From Nitrososphaerota archaeon (GTDB lineage Archaea > Thermoproteota > Nitrososphaeria_A > Caldarchaeales > Calditenuaceae), in NCBI GenBank assembly GCA_033581555.1, contig JAVQSZ010000001.1:32001-96000 (forward strand): a stretch of 64,000 nucleotides of DNA. The letters run 5' to 3'. The position numbers and the translations under genes were made by a program. Below the pieces are notes generated by a model. The model worked only from the letters and a program-made list of their open reading frames with translations. It had not been told where the DNA came from and searched no databases. Every line of letters starts with the position of its first letter. The first letter of the stretch is position 1. Positions 9,729 through 19,999 of this stretch are shown in pieces.

Positions 9729-10305
9729 GCCCGTCCCCATCCCACGCTTCGCTCTTAAGGTTACCTCCCCTCAGCCTCAACACCCGCTTTCCCCTGGGAT
9801 CAGGGATGACCTTCAGCATCGCACCCTCGAACTCGACCTTGAAGACGCGGCCCTCGAGGAGCCTGTCGAGGAAGACGGCGAGCGCGGCGACCTCGCTGTG
9901 GGGCTGGTTCCCGATCGCGACGTTGTAGTCTGCCAGCTCGTAGACGACCCTCGGGACCTTGCTGGCCCCCACCACGACGACCATGTCCCTCTGATCGAGC
10001 TGGTTCCGGAGCTCCCCGAGGACGTCGAGGAGGCTCACGCCGTACATCGTCAGGTGGACCAGGACGTCGCCCGCGGCCTTCCGATCCCTGATGTATCCCT
10101 CCCAGTCCTCGACGAAGTCGACCTCGAAGGGCCCTCCCCACTGCTCGGTCACCCTCCTGATCGAACCGATTAGCCCGTCGTCTCTGTCGCCAGAGATCAT
10201 GACCCCGGAAGCGCCGAAGGCCCTCGCGGTGAGCGCAACGTGGACGGTGACCCTGTCGTCCCTACCGACCCTGTGGAAGAGCCTCAGGACCGTTATCCTT
10301 CTCAT
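9706..10305 (-). CDS. trm56: tRNA (cytidine(56)-2'-O)-methyltransferase aTrm56
   Basis: VLRLFHR..RDDRVTVHVALTARAFGA, HLTMYG, VGASKVP, IGNQPHSEVAALA; ATG 10305 overlaps the TFE stop. Confidence 0.93.
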   Translation of the reverse strand: MRRITVLRLFHRVGRDDRVTVHVALTARAFGASGVMISGDRDDGLIGSIRRVTEQWGGPFEVDFVEDWEGYIRDRKAAGDVLVHLTMYGVSLLDVLGELRNQLDQRDMVVVVGASKVPRVVYELADYNVAIGNQPHSEVAALAVFLDRLLEGRVFKVEFEGAMLKVIPDPRGKRVLRLRGGNLKSEAWDGDGRGRGLVV

Positions 10306-10808
10306 CTCAGGAGCCTGCTCAGCTCCGCTATCTTCTCGTCGATTGCCTTCAGCATCTCGGAGGGGTCGTAGGGCTGGAGCTGGTTCCCGCAGTACGGGCA
10401 CTTGAAGAAGTGGTCGACGGCGATCGAGAAGTCCAGCTTCCTGCAGCTCGCGTTCCCGCACCAGTAGACGACGTTAGTGGAGTAGAACTCCCTCAGCATC
10501 TTCAACCTCTCGATGATCCTGATCGCCTGGCCGCGGACCGTGCTGACCACCTGCTCGAGCTGGAGCCGCCATCTGAAGGTCCTCTTGCCGTTCTCCTTCT
10601 CGAAGCTGACCGTATAGGTCACCAGAGAGAGCTCCAGTAGCCTGTGGAGCGTCTTCCTGACCTGCTTGACGTCGACCCCCAGCCTCTCCGCCAACTCCTC
10701 GTCGGAGAGTCCGGGCTCCTCCAGGAGCAGCTTGACGACCTTAGTCGCCTCCTCTCCCCCGAAGACCTCGGTCAGCTTGACGACCTCGGAGGGCTCGATG
10801 TAGTACAA
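10302..10808 (-). CDS. tfe: Transcription factor E (TFE alpha)
   Basis: Winged helix (SDEELAERLG..VRK.L..L) and zinc ribbon CGNASC...FKCPYCG. Confidence 0.92.
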   Translation of the reverse strand: MYYIEPSEVVKLTEVFGGEEATKVVKLLLEEPGLSDEELAERLGVDVKQVRKTLHRLLELSLVTYTVSFEKENGKRTFRWRLQLEQVVSTVRGQAIRIIERLKMLREFYSTNVVYWCGNASCRKLDFSIAVDHFFKCPYCGNQLQPYDPSEMLKAIDEKIAELSRLLR

Positions 10809-10912
10809 ACTTCTCCGACCTACTCTAATCCCTCCCTCCCGCTAAATACCTTGCGGAGAACGGACCGGAGACGCGCCCGAGGTTCCGACTTCACCCGGGT
10901 AGTAGGGTATGA

Positions 10913-11932
<1,020 letters not shown>

Positions 11933-11990
11933 CGCGCACCCGGATAGGTCCCAAACTCTTATGGCGGCCTCTCGGTGACGAGGTGGGAGC

Positions 11991-13031
11991 ATGGCCGACG
12001 GAGCCGAGGCGGGCGTTCAGTTCGTGAAGTTGGACGAGGGGAGGCTCGAGAGGTACAGGAGGGCGGGTTACAGGGTCCTGGGAGAGCACAATCACAGCGC
12101 GGTCGAGGTCTGCAGGTGGACGAAGTCGAGGCTGAGGGGGGAGAGGAACTGCTACAAGTCGATCTACGGGATCGACTCCGGTAGGTGCATTCAGATGACC
12201 CCGACGCTCGACTTCTGCAACTTCGGGTGCCCCTGGTGCTGGAGGCCTTTCGGGCCATTCAGGCACAAGGCCCACGGCACCGATTGGGACGACCCCAAGA
12301 CCATCGTAGACGAGATGTTGAGGGCCCAGAGGGAGCTCCTCTCGGGGTTCGGAGGGAACCCGAGGACCGACAAGGCCTACTTCAGGCTCGCGATGAGGCC
12401 GGCCCACGTCGCGATCTCGCTGGACGGCGAGCCGACCCTATACCCTATGATCGCGGACCTGATCAAGGAGATCAACTCGAGGGGCATGACGACCTTCCTC
12501 GTCACCAACGGCACGATGCCCCACAGGTTGAGGGAGATGCTGGAGAAGGGCGCGATACCGACGAACCTCTTCGTCAGCGTCTACGCCACGAACCCGGAGG
12601 AGTACGTGAGGGTGACGAAGTCTGTGGTCCCCGACGCCTACGAGAGGGTGATGGAGAGCCTCTCCCTGCTCGGCGAGTTCGAGAGGAGGGGGAGCAGGAC
12701 GGTGATCAGGCTCACGCTCGTCAAGGGCCTCAACATGAAGGACCCCGAAGGCTACGCGGGGATCGTGAACAGGTTTAGGCCGAACTTCCTCGAGTTCAAG
12801 GGCTATGCGTGGCTCGGTCAGTCGAGGCAGAGGCTCGACCAGTCGGCCTCGCCGAGGTTCGAGGAGCTGAAGAAGTTCGCGGACGAGGTCCTGAGGCACA
12901 CGGCCTACAGGCCGGTGATGCTTGACAGCGTGAGCGTGATAATCGTCGCGGTCAGGGACGAGGAGAGCTGGAGGAGGAACGTGGAGACGGCTAAGGTGAT
13001 CTCGCGCTTACCTGGATGTCCTGTCAGGTAG
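11991..13031 (+). CDS. taw1: 4-demethylwyosine synthase TYW1/Taw1 (radical SAM)
   Basis: HSAVEVCRWT, CYK..YGI.S.RCIQMTP, CNFGCPWCWR, AISLDGEPT, FLVTNG. Confidence 0.92.
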   Translation: MADGAEAGVQFVKLDEGRLERYRRAGYRVLGEHNHSAVEVCRWTKSRLRGERNCYKSIYGIDSGRCIQMTPTLDFCNFGCPWCWRPFGPFRHKAHGTDWDDPKTIVDEMLRAQRELLSGFGGNPRTDKAYFRLAMRPAHVAISLDGEPTLYPMIADLIKEINSRGMTTFLVTNGTMPHRLREMLEKGAIPTNLFVSVYATNPEEYVRVTKSVVPDAYERVMESLSLLGEFERRGSRTVIRLTLVKGLNMKDPEGYAGIVNRFRPNFLEFKGYAWLGQSRQRLDQSASPRFEELKKFADEVLRHTAYRPVMLDSVSVIIVAVRDEESWRRNVETAKVISRLPGCPVR

Positions 13032-13111
13032 AACTCGGCCCTTCGCGCCGAGCAGCCCACTGCAAATCTTAATACCGTAAGCCCCGGGTCCCGGGTGGAA
13101 GGGGGAGGGCC

Positions 13112-13393
13112 GTGGAGTCGGGAGGGTGGTCGTGGGAGGAGAAGAGGAAGAGGATAGCCCAGATACTCGAGACGATCGCGAACGACAACACCGCCCCCCG
13201 GAACCTCAGGAAGGCCGTGAAGGGCGCGATGGACGAGCTTTTCAACGAGAAATACTCGCCCTCTGTCAGGGCCGCGAACGCGATCGAGATGATCGAGGAG
13301 GTCCTCTCGGACGGGAACATCCCCTCTTATACCAGGACGCAGCTCTGGCTGGCCATCTCCCTGCTCGAGACAGTCAAGGCCGGACAGTACTGA
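13112..13393 (+). CDS. UPF0147 family protein
   Basis: I.ND.T.PRN.R, RAANAI..EE...D.NIP.YTRT.LW..IS.LE. Confidence 0.88.
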   Translation: MESGGWSWEEKRKRIAQILETIANDNTAPRNLRKAVKGAMDELFNEKYSPSVRAANAIEMIEEVLSDGNIPSYTRTQLWLAISLLETVKAGQY

Positions 13394-13423
13394 CCGAGTT
13401 CCTGTTTTGGCGGAAGCGGGTCT

Positions 13424-13591
13424 TCAGTTGGAGAGCGCCGAGCCCAGGAGGGGGACCACGCTGACGAAGGCCAGGACTAGGCCCCAGCTCATCATCGCCG
13501 CGTTGCTGGTGAGGTAGCCTCCGACGATCAGACCGGTCCCGAGGCCGGCGATCGCGAAGAAGAGGATCAGCCCGACCTTCAGCAGCCCCAT
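13424..13591 (-). CDS. Small two-TM membrane protein (55 aa)
   Basis: MGLLKVGLILFFAIAGLGTGLIVGGYLTSNAAMMSWGLVLAFVSVVPLLGSALSN; typical codon usage. Confidence 0.6.
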   Translation of the reverse strand: MGLLKVGLILFFAIAGLGTGLIVGGYLTSNAAMMSWGLVLAFVSVVPLLGSALSN

Positions 13592-13908
13592 CGGGATCCG
13601 GCCGTGACAGCCCACTCAAAAACCTCTTCGTCCCCTGTTCCCCCCGCGACGTCCGGACATCGTGACCTCTGCTCCGCCGGATCGCCCGACGCCCTCTGGC
13701 CCCTCACGAGGTTCGGTTTCCACGAGGCTGGGGCCAATCAGCGGGGCCCTCCGCGGTTCAGCAGGCCTTGACGAGAGCACAGCGTCCCGCTCCGGACTGA
13801 TCATCCCGACCGAGCCGCGTCGGACCCGAACGATACGGACGCCCTCTACTCCCGTCGAGTGCGGTCAACGCTTTTTACGAGGCTCCTCAATACGCGAGGC
13901 GGGTTCTC

Positions 13909-14883
13909 GTGTCCGGCGAACGTGGGGCCGGAGCTCTCCCGAGGGGCGAGCTCAGGGGAAGGGACGTCGTCAGCGCGAAGGACCTGACCAGGGAGGATGC
14001 GGAGCTGATCTTCGAGGTCGCGAGGGAGGTGGAGGCGGACCCCGGCCGGTTCTCGGGCGTCCTGAGAGGGAAGAGGGTCGCGCTGCTCTTCGTGGAGCCC
14101 TCGACTAGGACCTTCTCGAGCTTCTACATCGCCGCGAGGAGGCTGGGAGGTGACGTGCTGCCGCTGAACGAGCCCGAGATGACCTCGCTCAGCAAGGGCG
14201 AGACCCTCTACGACACCCTCAAGATGCTTGAGGGCTACGGGGTCGACTGCGTCGTGATGCGCCACCCGGCGAGGGGAGCTGCGAGGTTCGCGGCCGACGT
14301 GATCTCCGCTCCGGTGATCAACGCGGGGTCCGGGAGCCAGGAGCACCCGACCCAGGCGCTCCTCGACGTCTACACGATCCTGAAGAAGAGGGGCAAGGTC
14401 GACGGGACGTCGCTCGGAATGCTCGGGGACCTGAAGTTCTCGAGGACCGTACCTTCGCTGGCCTACCTGATCTCGAACTTCGACGGAGTCGAGCTGACCT
14501 TCATCGCCCCGCCCGCGCTGCAGGTGAGGCAGGAGGTCGAGCTCTTCCTTAGGGAGAGGGCCGTGAGCTACACGAAGGTCACGAGGCAGCAGGAGATCCC
14601 GGACGCGGTCTCGAGGCTCGACGTCCTCTATGTGACCAGGCTCCAGAAGGAGAGGTTCCCGGACCCGTCAGAGTACGAGAGGCTGAAGGGGAGCTACAGG
14701 GTCGACATGGGGATGCTGAGGCACGCGAGGCCGACGCTGGGTGTGATGCACCCGCTCCCGAGGGTCGATGAGCTCGACGCCGAGATCGACAGGACGCCGC
14801 ACGCCTGGTACTTCGACCAGGCCAGCTACGGGCTCCCCGTCAGGATGGCGCTCTACGCGCTGGTCTTGGGTGATGCCGGATGA
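13909..14883 (+). CDS. pyrB: Aspartate carbamoyltransferase catalytic subunit
   Basis: FVEPSTRT, KGETL.DT, RHP, INAG...HPTQ, TRLQKER, MHPLPR. Confidence 0.97.
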   Translation: MSGERGAGALPRGELRGRDVVSAKDLTREDAELIFEVAREVEADPGRFSGVLRGKRVALLFVEPSTRTFSSFYIAARRLGGDVLPLNEPEMTSLSKGETLYDTLKMLEGYGVDCVVMRHPARGAARFAADVISAPVINAGSGSQEHPTQALLDVYTILKKRGKVDGTSLGMLGDLKFSRTVPSLAYLISNFDGVELTFIAPPALQVRQEVELFLRERAVSYTKVTRQQEIPDAVSRLDVLYVTRLQKERFPDPSEYERLKGSYRVDMGMLRHARPTLGVMHPLPRVDELDAEIDRTPHAWYFDQASYGLPVRMALYALVLGDAG

Positions 14884-15359
14884 GCGGGGAGGAGCAGCTC
14901 CTCGTCAGGAAGATCGACTGGGGGACCGTCATCGACCACATCCCGAGCTGGAAGGCCGACCAGGTCTTGAAGCTGATCGAGGCCGAGTCGCTGACGAAGG
15001 ACCCCGACGTCTCGGTGATCGTGCTGAAGAGCGTCCCGAGCAGGAAGTACGGGAGGAAGGACGTGATCAAGCTCTACCATTATTACATTAAGGAGCCTGA
15101 CGCGGCGTTGATCAAGCTGCTCTTCCCCACCGCGACCATCAACTTCATCCGGGACTGGAAGGTCCAGAAGTACGTCCCGAACCTGCCTGAGGAGCTGGTG
15201 GGGAAGGTCAGGTGCCCCGAGGTCACCTGCATCTCGAACGCCAAGAGGGAGCCGGTCGTGAGGAGGTTCAGGGTGCTCAAGGAGCAGGGGTACGTCCAGT
15301 GCTACTACTGCGACGCGCTCCTCGAGATCTCCTCCATACCGGACTTCATCGCCGCGTAG
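14880..15359 (+). CDS. pyrI: Aspartate carbamoyltransferase regulatory subunit
   Basis: GTVIDHI, KDVIK, ATIN, zinc site CPEVTC...CYYCD; coupled to pyrB. Confidence 0.95.
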   Translation: MSGEEQLLVRKIDWGTVIDHIPSWKADQVLKLIEAESLTKDPDVSVIVLKSVPSRKYGRKDVIKLYHYYIKEPDAALIKLLFPTATINFIRDWKVQKYVPNLPEELVGKVRCPEVTCISNAKREPVVRRFRVLKEQGYVQCYYCDALLEISSIPDFIAA

Positions 15360-15449
15360 TACTCGGGACACTGGCCGAGGAAGTTCCTGCACAGAGAGGC
15401 CGCTAGCCTTGATAACCTCTTTACGGACTGTGCCCTATGCGGTGACGGG

Positions 15450-16211
15450 ATGGAGGTAGTCCACCTGAGGTTCCCGAACGCCGACTACGTGACCGACGTG
15501 CTGAGGGCCATAACCGCGGTGATCGAGGAGGGGACCTTCAAGGTCTCGCCGGAGTCGGTGAGGTTGACCGCGATGGACCCGGCCCACATCTCCTTGGTCG
15601 ACATGGAGCTGAGAAGGGAGGCTGCGGAGGAGTATAAGGTGACGAAGGAGGTCGAGATCACGCTGAACGTAGAGGAACTCGTGAAGCTCCTCAGGAGGGC
15701 TAGGAAGAACGAGGCCCTCGTCCTCTCCTATGACGACGACGTCAGGAGGCTCACCCTCTCGCTGGTCGACGTCAGGGGAGGGAAGGAGAGGGACTTCGTG
15801 GTCAACACCCTCGAGCCGATGGGCGGGACCATCAACCCCCCGAACCTCAGCTTCGAGGCCTGGGCAAGGGTCTCCTCGGACGAGTTCTACGAGGCGATCG
15901 AGGACGCGAAGGCGATCTCGGACGCTGTCAGGATCACAATCAGGCCCGACGCTTTGATCATCCTGGCCAAGGGAGAGGCGAAGTCGTCCCAACACAAGTT
16001 CGTGAAGGGGGGCGCTGCGCTCTACGAGGTCGACGCGAGGTCAGACGTCTCGGCCTCCTTCAGCATCGCGTATCTGGAGAAGATCGTGAAGCCTGCGAAG
16101 CAGCTCTCCGACGAGATGACCGTCCACCTCAGCAACAACAGGCCGATCAAGCTGAGCTTCCCGCTCTCGGGGGGCAGAGTCGACTACCTGATAGCCCCGA
16201 GGATGGACTGA
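15450..16211 (+). CDS. pcn: DNA polymerase sliding clamp PCNA
   Basis: AMDPAHISLV, C-terminal YLIAPR, 253 aa. Confidence 0.95.
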   Translation: MEVVHLRFPNADYVTDVLRAITAVIEEGTFKVSPESVRLTAMDPAHISLVDMELRREAAEEYKVTKEVEITLNVEELVKLLRRARKNEALVLSYDDDVRRLTLSLVDVRGGKERDFVVNTLEPMGGTINPPNLSFEAWARVSSDEFYEAIEDAKAISDAVRITIRPDALIILAKGEAKSSQHKFVKGGAALYEVDARSDVSASFSIAYLEKIVKPAKQLSDEMTVHLSNNRPIKLSFPLSGGRVDYLIAPRMD

Positions 16212-16212
16212 G

Positions 16213-17364
16213 CTAGGCCTCGGCCCTTACCAGCAGGACCTCCAGGTGACCGTACTTCACCCTCCTCGATGCTGTGACGCTCCACCCGGCCTCAGCGAGG
16301 GCCCTCGTCGCGACCACGTGCTTGCTGAAGATGGCCACCAGCGTCCCGCAGCGCAGCCCCCTCCTGATCGAGGAGAAGGACCTGACGTAGAACTCGTAGG
16401 GGTCGGAGGGCCCGCTCCTGATCCCGAAGGGAGGGTCGGTCACGACGAGCGCATCGGCTCCGAGCTCCCCGAGCTTCGGCCAGAGCTCAAACCGCTGAGC
16501 GTCCAACATCTCCAGCAACACCTTACCCGATAGGCCAGCTGCCTCCACGTTCCTCTTCGCGGCCTCGAGGGCTCTGGGTGAGACGTCAGACCCGATCACC
16601 CTGAGCTCCCTCTCCCTCCGCTCGGACCCGATGAGCTCCGACCTCACCGACTCCACTAGCTCCTCCTCGAAGAGCCTGAGCCTCGTCAGCGCGAGGTCCC
16701 TCGGGTCCCTGTAGACCGTGGGGCAGACGTCGAGCCCGGCCAGCGCGGCCTCGATCGGTATCGTCGCGGTGCCGCAGAAGGGGTCGATCAGGGCCCTTTC
16801 GGGCGTCCAGCCGGAGAACCTGACCATGAGGTACGCGAGGGTGGCGGGGAGGGCGGTCCTGTGGCCAGAGGCCCTGTAGAACCTCCTCTGGAGCGACCTC
16901 CCGACCAGGTTGACCCCGAGCGTGAACCGGTCGTCCCTGAGGAGCGCGAAGAGCTCGACGTCCGGATCGTTCAGGTCCACCCTCAACCTCACGCCGGTCG
17001 CCTCCAGGTAGGACTGGATCACGGCGGCCCCGACCTCAGCGGCCACGTCCATGCTCGTGAAGTCATGCGTCCCTACCCTCTCCGCCCTGACCGCGAAGCT
17101 CTGGTCCTGCGAGACGACACCCCTCAGGTCCAGGGACCTCACTATGTCGCCGACCTCCCTCAGCCCGGAGACGGTCGCGTCGACGAGCTCAAGGAAGACC
17201 TTGTTTATCCCACGGGAGGCCAGGACGAGCCTCACCAACTCCCTCTTGTCACACTCGACGACCACCTTCGAGACGTCCAGCTCGGCCCTCCTCCCTAGCA
17301 GCGACTCGACTTCGGACGCCGCGACGTCCTCGAGCCCGGTGAACGTCGTCGCCATCGCCCTCAA
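16213..17364 (-). CDS. trm14: THUMP-domain tRNA m2G6 methyltransferase (Trm14/TrmN-like)
   Basis: TTFTGLE, SFAVR..R.G.H.FTS, DPFCGTATI, TDPPFG; start TTG 17364 or ATG 17355. Confidence 0.85.
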   Translation of the reverse strand: MRAMATTFTGLEDVAASEVESLLGRRAELDVSKVVVECDKRELVRLVLASRGINKVFLELVDATVSGLREVGDIVRSLDLRGVVSQDQSFAVRAERVGTHDFTSMDVAAEVGAAVIQSYLEATGVRLRVDLNDPDVELFALLRDDRFTLGVNLVGRSLQRRFYRASGHRTALPATLAYLMVRFSGWTPERALIDPFCGTATIPIEAALAGLDVCPTVYRDPRDLALTRLRLFEEELVESVRSELIGSERRERELRVIGSDVSPRALEAAKRNVEAAGLSGKVLLEMLDAQRFELWPKLGELGADALVVTDPPFGIRSGPSDPYEFYVRSFSSIRRGLRCGTLVAIFSKHVVATRALAEAGWSVTASRRVKYGHLEVLLVRAEA

Positions 17365-17469
17365 GCGGCTTCCGGCCCGACGCGGTCCGCCGACCCGATT
17401 AATACTGCGCGAACCGTCGGCCGGTTGACCGCTGAACCCTCTAATATCCGGGGTAGAACGTGAAAGGGC

Positions 17470-17781
17470 GTGAGCGAGTGGAACCTCGAGGACTTCGAGA
17501 AGGTCTTCCCGCACCTCTCCGGGGAGCTCAGGTCGAGGCCGCAACTCAGGGCGAGGGTCGACGCGCTCAGGGGCTTCATGCCCGGCCCCATCGACTACCT
17601 CTCTAGGTGTTCCAGCAACGAGGAGGCGATCAGCGTGGTCGACTACCTCCTGGAGAGGGGAGAGCTGACCGAGAGGGAGGCAGAGGAGCTCAAGTCGAGG
17701 ATCCGGAGCGAAGGGGTCCGCGGGCTGGTCGAGAAGCGGGAGGAGGGCTACTACCTCAGGAGGTTCGGGTCAGGCGTTTAG
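17470..17781 (+). CDS. DUF2095 family protein
   Basis: F.K.FPHL..EL, P.PIDYL.RC...EEA..V.DYL..RGE, GYY. Confidence 0.8.
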   Translation: MSEWNLEDFEKVFPHLSGELRSRPQLRARVDALRGFMPGPIDYLSRCSSNEEAISVVDYLLERGELTEREAEELKSRIRSEGVRGLVEKREEGYYLRRFGSGV

Positions 17782-18392
17782 GTCCTAACGGCCTCCGCGG
17801 CCCTCGCTGGAGGCTCAGGAGAAGTGTAGACCCAGTTCGGGAGCGCGACGACCTTGGACTTACATACCCCGACGTGCCTTGGTATCAGGATCCTCTTGAC
17901 CTGGTTGACGACGTCCGAGCCCATCTTCCCCAACACCATCTCGATCGCGAACTGGTCGTGGTTGAGCCTCGAGGCCGCGTCCTCGAAGACCGAGCGCATC
18001 GTCCTCCTGATGTCCACGATCTTCCCGCGCCTTATTCGCCTGTTGGTGAAGACGACGCCGTAGACCCTCAGCCCGAACCCGTCCAGCGTGGTGACGTCGA
18101 AGACCCCTTCGACCATCGTCGTACCCCTCCTGATCAGGCTCCTGAGGAATTCCCTCCCGTACTCGTGGCCGTAGAAGACGGTCTCGGCGTACCTGCCGTT
18201 GACCCGCACCACCCTGAACTTCACCAGCATGTACTGCTTAGTGATGTCGTCGGTGAGCGTGTAAAGACTGACCGTGACCGTCCTCCCGATCAGTTTAGCA
18301 GGGTCGTCGGCGTAGGTGTAACCCAGCTCCCGCTCGCCGAAGTACCTCGGAGCCCTGATCACGTACTCGTCCTTCGCCCTCTCCTCGGGCAT
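17778..18392 (-). CDS. rps3ae: 30S ribosomal protein S3ae (eS1)
   Basis: APRYFG, LIGR, LTDD, F.GHE..REFLRSLIRRGT. Confidence 0.93.
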   Translation of the reverse strand: MPEERAKDEYVIRAPRYFGERELGYTYADDPAKLIGRTVTVSLYTLTDDITKQYMLVKFRVVRVNGRYAETVFYGHEYGREFLRSLIRRGTTMVEGVFDVTTLDGFGLRVYGVVFTNRRIRRGKIVDIRRTMRSVFEDAASRLNHDQFAIEMVLGKMGSDVVNQVKRILIPRHVGVCKSKVVALPNWVYTSPEPPARAAEAVRT

Positions 18393-18454
18393 CCTCGCGC
18401 CAGCTCCGTGCCGGATTTAATAACCCCATCGAGGCCGCGTGAACCCGGGCAGGC

Positions 18455-19417
18455 TTGACCGCGGGTAAGCACTCGGGGCTACCCTCCCTCGGGATAGTCC
18501 TCGAGGGCGACAGGCCTCACGCCGAGCTGGTGCGCCTCGCCTCGCTCGCGGAGAGGCTCGGGTTCGACTCGGTCCACCTCTACGAACATCTGCCCCACAG
18601 GCCGGCATGGGCGTCGGCTTTCCTCGTGGCTAGGGAGACCTCGATGGTCCGAGTGGGCCCGGTGACCGTGCCGGCGTTCGCCTACGTGCCGGTGGTCCTC
18701 GCGAGGTTCGCGGCCGCGCTGAGCGAGGTCGCGGGGAGCAGGGCGGTGCTCGGCGTCTCGAGGGGAGCCTTCGGGGAGCTGATCGGGAGAAAGAGGCCGA
18801 GCGTCAGCGAGTTCGTCGCGTACCTGAAGGCCCTTAACGGTCTCCTGGCCGGCGACCCGAGCCCTCCGGCGCTGGGCTGGGCCGTCGGGAAGACTCCGAG
18901 GCTCTACGTCGGGACCTCAGGGACGAGGCTCTGCGCGATCGCTGCTTCGCTGCGCTTCGTCTCGGGCATCGTGGTCGACAACCTCTGGGACCCGGAGTAC
19001 GCGAGGTTGATGGCGACGACCGCGAGGGAGGCTAGGGCCTCGGCCTCCTCGGACCCTGAGGGCTTCGAGCTGGTCGCGAGGCCGTTCTGTTACGTCTCAG
19101 AAGATAGAAGAGAGGCGCTCTCGGCCCTCCTCCCAGTCCTGAGGGAGTACTTGGTCCAATTGGTCGGGAACTCGCCGATGCTCAGGCACGCGGGGCTCGA
19201 CGTCGCTTCAGTGGAGGAGGCGCTCCGGGGGCCCTCCGACATGGCCGAGGAGGTCGCTAGGAGGTTCGCGTTCTTCGGGACCGTCGAGGAGCTCGAGCAG
19301 CAGCTGCGCGAGATATCGAAGTCCGGGGTTACTTTGGTCTGCCTCGGTTACCCCCTCGGCAAGGACCCGGAAGAGGCGATTAGGTCAGTCGGTAGTGCCC
19401 TGCTCCCGCGTCGGTAG
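18455..19417 (+). CDS. LLM-class (luciferase-like, Mer-like) flavin/F420-dependent oxidoreductase
   Basis: AERLGFDSVHLYEH, RAVLGVSRG, FAFFGT.EE, GYPLG. Confidence 0.8.
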   Translation: MTAGKHSGLPSLGIVLEGDRPHAELVRLASLAERLGFDSVHLYEHLPHRPAWASAFLVARETSMVRVGPVTVPAFAYVPVVLARFAAALSEVAGSRAVLGVSRGAFGELIGRKRPSVSEFVAYLKALNGLLAGDPSPPALGWAVGKTPRLYVGTSGTRLCAIAASLRFVSGIVVDNLWDPEYARLMATTAREARASASSDPEGFELVARPFCYVSEDRREALSALLPVLREYLVQLVGNSPMLRHAGLDVASVEEALRGPSDMAEEVARRFAFFGTVEELEQQLREISKSGVTLVCLGYPLGKDPEEAIRSVGSALLPRR

Positions 19418-19459
19418 ACCGGCCGTCGCGTCGCTATACTTTTAAGAAGCCGACGTCGA

Positions 19460-19999
19460 ATGACGCCGATGCCCGCCGCCTACGCGAGGCTCAACGAGCT
19501 CTGGAGGGAGAGGCCGGAGGAGCTGGTGAGGCTCCTGAGGGAGAGGCGGATCGGGTGGAGGAGGGAGCCGTCGGTCGTGAGGGTCGAGAGGCCGCTCAGG
19601 CTCGACAGGGCGAGGCGGATCGGCTACAGGGCGAAGCAGGGCTTCGTCGTCCTGAGGGTCAGGGTGAGGAGGGGAGGTTTCGCGAGGCCGAGGCCGAACT
19701 CCGGGAGGAGGCCGAAGGCGCTGGGCGTCGTGAAGCACAAGGTAAACGTCACGGCGCTCGAGGAGGCGATCTCAAGGGTCAAGAGGAGGTACCCGAACCT
19801 CCACGTCCTGGGAGGATACCTCCTCACGTCGGACAGCCTCTACCAATGGTTCGAGGTGATCGCGGTCGACCCTTACCACCCGTCCGTCTACAACGACCGG
19901 CAGCTGAGGATCCCCGACCCGCTCAGGAGGAGGGTAGTGAAGAGGCTCGCGAGGAGGGGCGTCAAGCCGGTCGGCCAGGTGCTCCAGCCGTTCGAATGA
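19460..19999 (+). CDS. rpl15e: 50S ribosomal protein L15e
   Basis: WRREP..VR.ERP.RLDRARRIGYRAKQG, GRRPK.LG, YPNL.VL, WFEVI.VDP.HP. Confidence 0.95.
   Translation: MTPMPAAYARLNELWRERPEELVRLLRERRIGWRREPSVVRVERPLRLDRARRIGYRAKQGFVVLRVRVRRGGFARPRPNSGRRPKALGVVKHKVNVTALEEAISRVKRRYPNLHVLGGYLLTSDSLYQWFEVIAVDPYHPSVYNDRQLRIPDPLRRRVVKRLARRGVKPVGQVLQPFE

Noticed and set aside
10306-10461. N-terminal extension of trm56 (251 aa in the track)
   Set aside because: It overlaps tfe; family homology starts at MRRITVLRL (10305).
13616-13860. SRP RNA or RNase P RNA
   Set aside because: Neither the SRP helix 8 consensus nor the RNase P GAGGAAAGUCC-type motif was found on either strand.
19555-19995. N-terminal extension of the DUF309 ORF (345 aa in the track)
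   Set aside because: It overlaps rpl15e in another frame; the plausible start is ATG 19996.
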